Assembly (NCBI GenBank): GCA_023251095.1
Contig: JAHEZL010000007.1
Location: 15,136-79,135, forward strand
Origin: Flavobacteriales bacterium
Lineage (GTDB): Bacteria; Bacteroidota; Bacteroidia; Flavobacteriales_C; GCA-002722245
Length of the DNA: 64,000 bases
Direction of reading: 5' to 3'
Under the pieces are notes generated by a model. That model did not search any database. It was not told where the DNA came from and worked only from the letters and a program-made list of their open reading frames with translations. Position 1 is the first letter of the stretch; every line of letters begins with the position of its first letter. The position numbers and the translations under genes were made by a program. This document shows positions 8,662 to 17,068 of the stretch, one piece after another.

Positions 8662-9897
8662 TTAAAAGGTTTTTTCGTAAGAAGTAATTAAAGATACTTT
8701 GGTCCCCGCCGGCTGTCCGTTTTTGGCAAATAAATCCATAATTCTGATACTGATATTATCATTTTTATGGAGGGTTTTAATTCTGTTTTCAGTGATGTCC
8801 ATACCCATCGATTTTCTTTTGCTTTCTTTTTTTAATGCTGCCGCTGCCTTTCTGCCAATGCCATTGTCTTCAATTTCAATGGCTAAATATTCCTCGGATT
8901 GAGGACGTATGCGGATGCAAAGTTTATGTTCGTCATTGTTTTGAAAGGCATGTATCAGCACATTTTCCACATAAGGCTGAATGATAAAAGCGGGAATTTG
9001 TATGTTTTCGGTTTCCAGTTCCGAATCAATTTCCATAACAAAAGAAAAGTTTTTCGACATGCTGTGTTGCAGGTCGAGATAGGAGGTCAGGAATGTTTTT
9101 TCTTCTTCTACACTATGGTACAGCTCGTCGGATTTTTCAAGGTTGAAGCGCAATAGATTTGAAAACTTTACGATGTGCTCATGAGCCTCCTCGTTTTTTT
9201 TGGCGTAGGTTAAATTGGCAATGGATGAAAGTGCATTAAAAATAAAATGAGGATTGATTTTTAAGCGCAGGTTTTTTTGTAACAATTCATTTTTCTTTTT
9301 TTCAATTTGTAAGGTTTTCGAAAAGTTTTTATAACGAGCTCTTAAAATAGCATGGTGGCCGTAAATACAGATGGTGAGCATGGTCACCTGATGAATTAAA
9401 AGGAAGGGCATATTTTTAGTGGGACTTCCAACCGGACTGAAATAAATGTTATTAAAAAGATAAATGATGTTGATGATGATAAGCGTTGCCAATCCGTAAG
9501 GTCGCGATGAAGGCATAAATACGGTAAAAGCAATTTCAACGTGAATTAAATAGATGACATGGTCATTCGCGCCCCATCCTCCGTCTAAACCCGAATGAAT
9601 GGAGTTGGGCAGCATGATTAATACAACAGCCAGCAGATAAATCAGCTGGAACCATTTTTTGATTATTTCGGGAAAGAGGTAGGAAGTCACAATAGCTACC
9701 ACACAAAAGGCTATGGAAACGTATTTCAAATTGGTGATGGCGGCAGGCACTCCTCCGGTGCGGTAATCGCGCAGCGGCCCTGCTAAAAAAACCAGTACAA
9801 CAGCCGACAATAAAGTGATTCTGAAAGAAGGCAATATTTCTTCTCCGATATATCTCCAGTAGTCTTCCCGTTGTTTAGCAGATATAATCATTTGCAT
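8662..9897 (-). CDS. Membrane sensor histidine kinase of the LytS/YehU family (HK2), a paralog of HK1.
   Basis: It has the same NPHFIFNAL and HATPase blocks as HK1, with a diverged transmembrane sensing half. There is a 2-bp gap to the response regulator. Confidence 0.8.
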   Translation of the reverse strand: MQMIISAKQREDYWRYIGEEILPSFRITLLSAVVLVFLAGPLRDYRTGGVPAAITNLKYVSIAFCVVAIVTSYLFPEIIKKWFQLIYLLAVVLIMLPNSIHSGLDGGWGANDHVIYLIHVEIAFTVFMPSSRPYGLATLIIINIIYLFNNIYFSPVGSPTKNMPFLLIHQVTMLTICIYGHHAILRARYKNFSKTLQIEKKKNELLQKNLRLKINPHFIFNALSSIANLTYAKKNEEAHEHIVKFSNLLRFNLEKSDELYHSVEEEKTFLTSYLDLQHSMSKNFSFVMEIDSELETENIQIPAFIIQPYVENVLIHAFQNNDEHKLCIRIRPQSEEYLAIEIEDNGIGRKAAAALKKESKRKSMGMDITENRIKTLHKNDNISIRIMDLFAKNGQPAGTKVSLITSYEKTF

Positions 9898-9963
9898 AAA
9901 AGATAACTAGGAGATAACTTCTCTTTAGTTGTTTTGATTTTGAATGTTTCTCGACCTGATAAG

Positions 9964-9971
9964 CAAATATA
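9964..9971 (-). promoter_or_regulatory. Candidate Bacteroidota -7 promoter box (TATATTTG on the minus strand) for the HK2 and LytTR-regulator genes.
   Basis: It matches the TAnnTTTG consensus about 65 nt upstream of the HK2 start codon. Confidence 0.3.
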
Positions 9972-10049
9972 TAAATTTTCGTTGCACGCGATAAATTTGT
10001 TTTTTGAGTAAAATATTGGAAGAGTGCCTATTAAGGAAGGGTGGCCGTA

Positions 10050-10146
10050 AAATTAAAAACCCTCCCGTGATACGGGAGGGTTTTTTAAGATAGCTAGGCT
10101 ACAGGCTTCTTATTCAACATCTGATTTTTAAAATCACAATGTTTTC
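10050..10146 (-). ncRNA. Candidate small RNA, copy 1. It contains the conserved box GCCTGTAGCCTAGCT and a palindrome, and ends in an intrinsic terminator.
   Basis: On the minus strand a TAAATTTG -7 box (10160..10153) lies downstream of the direct repeats. The hairpin CCCTCCCG-tgata-CGGGAGGG at 10060..10080 is followed by a T-tract. No CDS is present. A paralogous element lies at 18765..18905. Confidence 0.3.
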
Positions 10147-10202
10147 GATAGTCAAATTTATATTGAAAATCCGGAAACACACAGGAAACGGGCATGCACT
10201 TA

Positions 10203-10231
10203 TTTAACGGTAGGGATTACTGTTTTAACGG
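10203..10231 (-). promoter_or_regulatory. Direct-repeat pair (CCGTTAAA cores 21 bp apart) oriented toward the minus strand. This is a putative LytTR operator.
   Basis: The + strand has tttaacgg at 10203-10210 and again at 10224-10231. It lies 45-70 bp upstream of the minus-strand -7 box of the candidate sRNA. Confidence 0.4.
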
Positions 10232-10247
10232 TAAGTGATTAAAATTA

Positions 10248-10278
10248 TGCCGTTAATTCAGTCGCCGCTGCCGTTTAA
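10248..10278 (+). promoter_or_regulatory. Direct-repeat pair oriented toward A2 (tgccgttaat and tgccgtttaa, 21 bp apart). This is a putative LytTR operator.
   Basis: It has the same core and spacing as the 4761/4783 pair upstream of A1. The LytTR regulators AgrA and AlgR bind 9-10 bp direct repeats with ~12 bp spacers. Confidence 0.45.
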
Positions 10279-10310
10279 TAAATCTCACTTTTATTTTGAT
10301 TTTTATCACC

Positions 10311-10318
10311 TAGATTTG
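10311..10318 (+). promoter_or_regulatory. Candidate -7 promoter box TAGATTTG for the A2-B2 transcript.
   Basis: The box and its flanks are identical to those at 4817-4832. Confidence 0.4.
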
Positions 10319-10360
10319 CTGCCGAGTAACCTAAAAATATTAAACTAAAAAAACACTCAT

Positions 10361-12232
10361 ATGAAAAAAATGTTATTATGCCTTTCGGCAATCGCCCTTA
10401 CCTCTGCTGCGAATGCACAGTGGACAGGAACCAATCCATTAACAACTCCAAGTGCTGTTGGAATTGGTACATCACCTACCCTTAATTATATTCCTTTGCA
10501 GGTTCGTGCCGATGAGAGTTTATTTGGCGGAAGTGGAATTGTTGCTTCTTTTGAAAGATTCTCTCCAAATCCACTAAGTACAGGAAAACTCAATATTACA
10601 GTGAGTGATTTCGGTGATAGTTATAATGCGGGTGATATATTGATGGATGCTCAGGGGAATGCGGATATCGCATTAAGAACCCAAGGAGGATCAGGCGGGA
10701 TTTTGGTATTAAAAAGAAACGGAACAGTTGGTATCGGAACAGGTACTCCAACTACTGATGCGGCTGTGAAATTACATATTAAATCTTATGGAGCGGATCC
10801 ACAAAACGCTCAAATATTAATTGAATCTTCAGAAACACAAGCTGTGAGATTTGCTCGCTCAGGCATCAATACCTGGATCATGGGAAGAAGAGCAAGCGAC
10901 AATGCTTTTTCAATTACAGATTCCTATTTTTTCGACGGTAACACAGAGAAATTTGTTTTAAATGGTTCAGGATTTTTAGGATTGGGTGCGCAAACTCCAT
11001 CTGAGAAATTAGATATATTAAATGGTAACCTTAAATTAACGAACGGTACTTTTTTACCTTACGGAAATGATACAAGAGTTCTTTTCCAATCGCACAATAC
11101 TTCTGCATCAGGTAGTCCGGTTCAATTTGAAATGTTGCATCAGTCTAGCGGTGTTGAGCTAGCCAACAGAAGAGGATATCTTACTATGAGAGCCGATGAT
11201 GGTAATTTGAATTTACTGAGTTCTCAAAAAGTTTTAATGTACACAGGAGGAGTTCAGAGAATGGTGGTTGATCCAACCGGAAGAGTGGGAATTGGTCAAA
11301 CAGCGCCTGCATCAACATTGGATGTGAACGGAACCTTAAGATTGAGTGTTGCGGGAGCACAAGCAGGCTTTGTATTAACAGCCACCAATGCAAATGGAGA
11401 TGCTACATGGCAGGCACTTCCTACACCTGCTACACAGTGGTCAGTAAACGGAGCAGATGTATATCGTTCTACCGGAAATGTTGGTATTGGAACAAATACA
11501 CCTTCTGCCAGATTCCAGATAGTAGATGGTTCTACTCAAATGAGTTTAATGAGTACAGGTGTTAGCTCAGGAATGTACGGCACACAGTATTATGCAGGAA
11601 TTAATTTTGAAGGAGGAGATAAGATTACAGTTGGAAAAACTTTTAATCCAAATACATACGGAAGTCATTTCGCAATTAAAAATGAAACGAGAGCAAATTC
11701 GGCTTTAATTGCCTTGGCCTATGATAAAGTATACATTGGTGGAAGTTCAGCAGGAGTTAATGCGGTAAGTTTCAGCAATGACGGAGTTGTAAATATCGGA
11801 AGCGGAACTATCCCAGCCGGAAAAGGATATATGCTGGGTGTGAGAGGTAAAATTATTTGCGAAGAAGTAAAAGTTGCTTTGCATGCAGACTGGCCTTGGG
11901 CGGATTATGTTTTTGCTGACGATTACAAACTTACGTCTCTTGATTCATTAGAATCATACATCAAAGAAAACAAGCATTTACCAAACATCAGCTCAGCTAA
12001 AGAAATCAAAGAAGAAGGAATTAACCTGGGCCAAATGCAAAACAAGCACATGGAAAAAATCGAGGAGCTGACTTTGTATATTATTGAGTTGAACAAAAAA
12101 TTATCTGAGCAACAACAGTTGAATACTACAGCTAGTAATTTACAGGCTCAACAAGCTAAGCAAATTGAGCAACTTACTTCAGTGTTAATGGAAGTTAGCA
12201 AGAAAGTGGCAGAGCAAGCGCAGTCGAAATAA
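10361..12232 (+). CDS. Secreted repeat protein with a tail-fibre-like C-terminal domain and coiled coil (A2), a paralog of A1.
   Basis: The signal peptide is MKKMLLCLSAIALTSAANAQ. ELANRRGYL repeats are present. The C-terminus reads VKVALHADWPWADYVF..LTSLDSLESYIKENKHLPNISSA, followed by a coiled coil. Confidence 0.5.
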   Translation: MKKMLLCLSAIALTSAANAQWTGTNPLTTPSAVGIGTSPTLNYIPLQVRADESLFGGSGIVASFERFSPNPLSTGKLNITVSDFGDSYNAGDILMDAQGNADIALRTQGGSGGILVLKRNGTVGIGTGTPTTDAAVKLHIKSYGADPQNAQILIESSETQAVRFARSGINTWIMGRRASDNAFSITDSYFFDGNTEKFVLNGSGFLGLGAQTPSEKLDILNGNLKLTNGTFLPYGNDTRVLFQSHNTSASGSPVQFEMLHQSSGVELANRRGYLTMRADDGNLNLLSSQKVLMYTGGVQRMVVDPTGRVGIGQTAPASTLDVNGTLRLSVAGAQAGFVLTATNANGDATWQALPTPATQWSVNGADVYRSTGNVGIGTNTPSARFQIVDGSTQMSLMSTGVSSGMYGTQYYAGINFEGGDKITVGKTFNPNTYGSHFAIKNETRANSALIALAYDKVYIGGSSAGVNAVSFSNDGVVNIGSGTIPAGKGYMLGVRGKIICEEVKVALHADWPWADYVFADDYKLTSLDSLESYIKENKHLPNISSAKEIKEEGINLGQMQNKHMEKIEELTLYIIELNKKLSEQQQLNTTASNLQAQQAKQIEQLTSVLMEVSKKVAEQAQSK

Positions 12233-12263
12233 ATGTTTTTGAAATTAATTTAAAAATGAAATT

Positions 12264-14519
12264 ATGAAAATACATTTTTTAAAAGCAGGGCTCCTTTTAC
12301 TTTGGTTCTTTTCTTTCATTAGCTCGGCTAAAGCAGAGATAGCCGGTGAAGTTAAGTTTGAAGTTATGTCGACTTACATCAAAATAAGTTGGGATGTATT
12401 TCAAGAAAACCGATATGAGGGAATAGAACTCAAAAGGAGACGAGTAGGGGAATCGGCCTGGCAGTCTATTACTCCAAATGGCTTTGGAGAAACAAATGGT
12501 ACAGTGAATGAATACCAGGAGTTTTGGGATTATAATATTCAATATGGAACTAAGTATCAATATTTAGTTGTTTATGATGAAAAAGCTTGGTACGATGGTT
12601 TTCCAACAGGTAATAATTACAGAGAAGAAATTTTACCGGGAAAACCTACAGCCTGGGGTATTCCCTCTGATGTTGCTGCAGATTTAGAAACCTGGCCTGT
12701 GATCACAGTTAATGGTTATGCTGCTACGGTTCAAGTGTTGTATTCTAACAGATCTGATAAAAGGTTAAAAAAGCCCTTAATCATTGTGGATGGTTTCGAT
12801 CCTTTAAATAACAGGGATTTATTTAGTACAAAAGAAAAAAATGCCATAGATTCAAGAGGACTTTTTGCTTTAATGAATGGTGATCTTCCTTCGGGTCCAA
12901 GAGGAATTAATGCAGTGGGACAAATTCGTCAACAGTGTTATGATTTGGTTTTTGTAAACTGGCATGAAGGAGCCGGAGACGTTAGGAAAAATGCTGATTT
13001 ATTTATTCAAGTTGTCAATTTGGTCAATCAAGCAAAAGTAACCGCCGAACAACTGGTAGTGTTTGGTCCCAGTATGGGAGGTCTGATTACACGTTTAGCT
13101 TTAGCTAAAATGGAGATAAGTGGCCAGAATCACCAAACGAGATTATATATTTCTATGGACTCACCACATTTAGGAGGACAGGCTCCGATGGGTGTTCAGA
13201 AGTTAGGTCAAATAGTAGATAATATTAGAGGGACTCATACATTTGCGGATAGATTGGGATCAACGGCTGCAAAGCAAATGTTGAGATATCATCTTTTTGC
13301 TTCACCAGATGGTCATGTTGCTGATCAAGATGCTGAAAGGTATTCTTTTATTAATGATTTAAACAGTATGAGCAATAAAGGGTGGCCAATGAATTTGCGT
13401 AAAATAGCAATTTCTAATGGAAGTGTTTTGTCGGGCACAAACAGTTTAAATGGCGGTACACATATAGCTGATATCATGTGCGGTGCATTGGAATATGATA
13501 TTTATGCTTTTGGAAGAAGTGATAATGTATATATGATCAATCGTTTAACAACCGTTGAGTATAATACATCGCTGCCTCCGATTTTAACGGATAATTCTAG
13601 TGGTGGAACTATAAACTTTACTGAAATGTTAAGGACGATAGTTACCAATAATGGGGATGATTGTATGCATGATGAAGATCCTGGTCTTCAAACGAGCTCT
13701 TGTTTTATACCAATTAATAGTGCGTTTGCCTATAATGAAGCAGCAGCCAGTGATTATTCTAAGTACAATAATGGATTAAGTGCAGATAATATTCATAAAG
13801 TATGGGGATCACAAACACCATCTACTGTGAATACTCCTTTCGATGCATTGTTTGGTCAAACTTACAATCAAACCCATTGTCAGGTTGACCAAGTAACAAT
13901 TGACTGGCTCCTTCAGCAAATGGCCATTCAGGATCAATACGCTTTTGGAGACACCTATTTTCCTGTTCAAGGAAGTAGCGATATAAGTATCTACACCGGA
14001 GGAGGAAGTAATTGGGCTAAAAATATGTACTTCGCTTCTAATCCAAATGATGGGGCGCACATATATGGTACCGACCGAAAATTCATCGCGTCTAAAAGCA
14101 TTACCTTATCACCGGGTACGAAGGTTTTTTCTCTCGGCGGAACAGATCATCCATACACTGCTTTTCAAATTGGAGCCAGACCGGATTGCTATGGTCCTAT
14201 CACCCAGTATTCTAATCCGGCGGGTCCGCCGCCAATGGCAGAGAAAACTGATGAAACAGCCGATGCGGTTTCAGAGCTAAACATTCAAAATGTAAATGTT
14301 TATCCTAACCCGAATAATGGAAATTTCACTCTTCAGTTAAATCCCGATTGGATCAGTGGAACTATCGTTGTGACGGATCTTACCGGTCGCACTATGTATA
14401 CTGACCAAGTCCGCAGTAGCATGGAAAACATTACAGCTGATATAGCAGCGGGAGTTTACTCTGTTACGATAAGCAAAGGAGACAATAAAATAACTCGAAA
14501 ATTTGTGGTTGTAAAATAA
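12264..14519 (+). CDS. T9SS-secreted alpha/beta-hydrolase, a PGAP1-like/DUF676-type lipase or esterase with an N-terminal FN3-like domain (B2).
   Basis: There is a signal peptide. The nucleophile elbow is VVFGPSMGGLITR (GxSxG), followed by DSPHLGG. The C-terminal T9SS CTD reads YPNPNNGNFTLQL...VYSVTI...KFVVVK. Confidence 0.6.
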   Translation: MKIHFLKAGLLLLWFFSFISSAKAEIAGEVKFEVMSTYIKISWDVFQENRYEGIELKRRRVGESAWQSITPNGFGETNGTVNEYQEFWDYNIQYGTKYQYLVVYDEKAWYDGFPTGNNYREEILPGKPTAWGIPSDVAADLETWPVITVNGYAATVQVLYSNRSDKRLKKPLIIVDGFDPLNNRDLFSTKEKNAIDSRGLFALMNGDLPSGPRGINAVGQIRQQCYDLVFVNWHEGAGDVRKNADLFIQVVNLVNQAKVTAEQLVVFGPSMGGLITRLALAKMEISGQNHQTRLYISMDSPHLGGQAPMGVQKLGQIVDNIRGTHTFADRLGSTAAKQMLRYHLFASPDGHVADQDAERYSFINDLNSMSNKGWPMNLRKIAISNGSVLSGTNSLNGGTHIADIMCGALEYDIYAFGRSDNVYMINRLTTVEYNTSLPPILTDNSSGGTINFTEMLRTIVTNNGDDCMHDEDPGLQTSSCFIPINSAFAYNEAAASDYSKYNNGLSADNIHKVWGSQTPSTVNTPFDALFGQTYNQTHCQVDQVTIDWLLQQMAIQDQYAFGDTYFPVQGSSDISIYTGGGSNWAKNMYFASNPNDGAHIYGTDRKFIASKSITLSPGTKVFSLGGTDHPYTAFQIGARPDCYGPITQYSNPAGPPPMAEKTDETADAVSELNIQNVNVYPNPNNGNFTLQLNPDWISGTIVVTDLTGRTMYTDQVRSSMENITADIAAGVYSVTISKGDNKITRKFVVVK

Positions 14520-14540
14520 CAGATTTCTTTTTCTTTGAAA

Positions 14541-14565
14541 ATCCCCGGTAGAAATACCGGGGATT
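14541..14565 (+). terminator. Intrinsic terminator after B2.
   Basis: The hairpin ATCCCCGG-tagaaata-CCGGGGAT is followed by a T-rich tract. Confidence 0.6.
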
Positions 14566-14576
14566 TTTCTTTTTTC

Positions 14577-14606
14577 TACCGTTAAATAAATCAATATAAC
14601 CGTTCA
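14577..14606 (+). promoter_or_regulatory. A third copy of the operator-like motif (CTACCGTTAAATAAAT plus a second CCGTT core 21 bp downstream), upstream of B3.
   Basis: The 13-mer CCGTTAAATAAAT is shared with the A1 site, and CCGTTtAATAAAT with the A2 site. Confidence 0.35.
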
Positions 14607-14775
14607 TCCTTTTTATTTTTTAAAGAGACTTATCTGCTATAATTTGGTGCTATTGATTATGGGAGTAATCAACTTGAGCATAACTAAAACATAAATTGTG
14701 AAAAGAGTGTTGATCTGCCTTTCGTTATGGCCTTGAATTACCATAACGACTTTTAAAATAACTAAACCTGAACTT

Positions 14776-16980
14776 ATGAAATTAAAAAACTATTCTAGAT
14801 ATCTGTTGATAGCATTGTGTGTCATGGCCGGCAATTTATTTGCTACTCCGGTTACCTTCAATTATTTTACTCCAACTACATCCATTGGTGCTCTTTCTGT
14901 TACAAAAAAGATTGCGTCCGAACACAATGGCTCCATTTGTAGCGGTGAGTATATGACCATATTCGCATCCGGACATACTTCAATTGTGAAGCCATATATT
15001 ATTGTAGAAGGAATAGATTTTTTAAACGATCAGGATTTTCAGGCGCATGTGGATTTATACAACAATAATGTGTCTTCAGCTTCAAATTCTTTGTTGTTTA
15101 ACCTTTACAATAATGGCTATGATGTTATCATACTGGATTTTGATTATTCCGGAGATTATATTCAAAACAATGCTTTCCTGTTAGTGGAATTAATAAAACA
15201 CATCAATGCCATTAAAGCCAATACAGGTAATAATATGATCGTACAAGGTTATAGCATGGGTGGTTTAGTTGCGAGATATGCATTGACATGGATGGAAGCT
15301 AATCTGATTGAGCATCAAACCAGGTTGTTTATTACTCATGACACGCCACACAAAGGAGCAAATTTCCCTATAGGCCTGCAGGAATTAGTGAACGATATGA
15401 CAGAACACATGCCTATTGCTTGGGTTGGGTTTCAAACTATTTTGGCTTCATTTGAAAAATCATATCCAGGCGCTACTCAAATGTTAGTATACCATTGGTC
15501 ACATACACATGGTGGAACTGTTAGCGGTGCAGGAAGTAAAGCACTGCCCGCAAATAAAAAAATAAATTTTTTCCAGGAATTGTATAATCTTAATCCCAGT
15601 GATAATGGTTACCCTTCTAAACCGCTGAGAATTGCTGTTTCAAATGGAAATTATTCAGGTCAACTTCAGGCGGGAATTACCCCGGGAGATGCAATGTTAA
15701 GTTTCAATTATACCCGCACTGTAGGAACAAAGCATTACAAATGGCCTTCTCCACTTTGCGGCAGTCTTTTTGACTTTAATGGATGTGACATTAACTGGGG
15801 TGATGATTATTACAGAGGTACCGCTCGTTATGGATTTACAGGTTATACTGCTACTGAAAATTTTGAGTTTTATACTTCCGGAATTGCAGATTTCGGGAAT
15901 TTGGGTACAAGGACTTATTATCCGCTTTCGGGTAGTGGTTCGCAAAATTTTTCTACAGAAAATTACGATTATGATCGTGCACCGGGGTCCTACCTGCCAA
16001 GTTTCTTTTTAACGATAGTCGAAGATGCCATTAAAACGGGACTTACTTCAGATGTATATATTAATCCTAATCCGCCTTGCTTCATTGCCACTACAAGCGC
16101 ATTAGATTTAAATATGCCTATCAATTCAACTTTCGATCCTAATAACTCTCGTTGTTTTACCAATTTTGATTACATCTTTGCTAACAGTTCGGCCAATTTA
16201 CACCATTTTGAATTGGCTCCTTTGGCAAAAAACTTTATAATGACACATGTTTTGGTTAATGAGGTGCCTAATAGGCCAATTGCTTATCAGGGGTATGATT
16301 TAGTTATTCCCAATAATACTATTGTTTATTCCGGACAATCCTATAACAAAACAGTTCAGCATAACATTACTAATGCTGGGAATTTCACGCTCAAAAGCAA
16401 TAGCTCTTCTGGATTGATTGCTGGAAATTCAATTACCTTTTCCCCTGGTTTTAAAGCAGAAACAGGAAGTAATTTCTCTGCGAAAATAAAATCTGCAAGC
16501 TCAATGTGTAGTGGTGGAATAGCGTATTTACCAAATTATGTCCTTGATTATGTAGTGGGAGGTCCCCCGGTTGAAAATGGTCCGTTGCCAGAAGAAAATA
16601 CAACGGAAGACTTTAGTAACTATGTAGCTTATAATTGCTCAAATATGGAAGAAATGCCTAATTATTCTTCTGAACGAACTTACTTTATTTGTGATGTTGA
16701 TACAACCATTAATATTGATTCAACGCTTGCGCAAAACATTAGTATATATCCTAATCCTACCAGCGGGCCTCTGACCATTCAACTAAGCGATCAAATTCCT
16801 TTAAATGATTTGTCAATTAAAGTTTTTGATCCCTATAACAATTTAGTTGCTGAGTTTTTGACAGTAACATCAAGAACGGTGAATTTAGATTTTTCCAATG
16901 GCTATACAGGCTTGTATAATGTTCAGTTTAATTTCTTTTCCGGCGCGTACATTTATAGCCGGAAAGTCATGAAAATGTGA
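14776..16980 (+). CDS. T9SS-secreted alpha/beta-hydrolase (PGAP1-like lipase or esterase), a paralog of B2 (B3).
   Basis: There is a signal peptide. The motifs are IVQGYSMGGLVARYAL and HDTPHKGAN. The C-terminal T9SS CTD reads YPNPTSGPLTIQL...GLYNVQF... Confidence 0.6.
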   Translation: MKLKNYSRYLLIALCVMAGNLFATPVTFNYFTPTTSIGALSVTKKIASEHNGSICSGEYMTIFASGHTSIVKPYIIVEGIDFLNDQDFQAHVDLYNNNVSSASNSLLFNLYNNGYDVIILDFDYSGDYIQNNAFLLVELIKHINAIKANTGNNMIVQGYSMGGLVARYALTWMEANLIEHQTRLFITHDTPHKGANFPIGLQELVNDMTEHMPIAWVGFQTILASFEKSYPGATQMLVYHWSHTHGGTVSGAGSKALPANKKINFFQELYNLNPSDNGYPSKPLRIAVSNGNYSGQLQAGITPGDAMLSFNYTRTVGTKHYKWPSPLCGSLFDFNGCDINWGDDYYRGTARYGFTGYTATENFEFYTSGIADFGNLGTRTYYPLSGSGSQNFSTENYDYDRAPGSYLPSFFLTIVEDAIKTGLTSDVYINPNPPCFIATTSALDLNMPINSTFDPNNSRCFTNFDYIFANSSANLHHFELAPLAKNFIMTHVLVNEVPNRPIAYQGYDLVIPNNTIVYSGQSYNKTVQHNITNAGNFTLKSNSSSGLIAGNSITFSPGFKAETGSNFSAKIKSASSMCSGGIAYLPNYVLDYVVGGPPVENGPLPEENTTEDFSNYVAYNCSNMEEMPNYSSERTYFICDVDTTINIDSTLAQNISIYPNPTSGPLTIQLSDQIPLNDLSIKVFDPYNNLVAEFLTVTSRTVNLDFSNGYTGLYNVQFNFFSGAYIYSRKVMKM

Positions 16981-17014
16981 TTTAGATTAAAGAGGGTAAT
17001 GAAAACAATAAAAA

Positions 17015-17034
17015 CCCCCGGGAAATACCGGGGG
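17015..17034 (+). terminator. Intrinsic terminator after B3.
   Basis: The hairpin CCCCCGG-gaaata-CCGGGGG is followed by T5. Its loop sequence matches that of the B2 terminator. Confidence 0.6.
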
Positions 17035-17068
17035 TTTTTCTTTCCTTAATAAATCCTATTTTTAGGGT

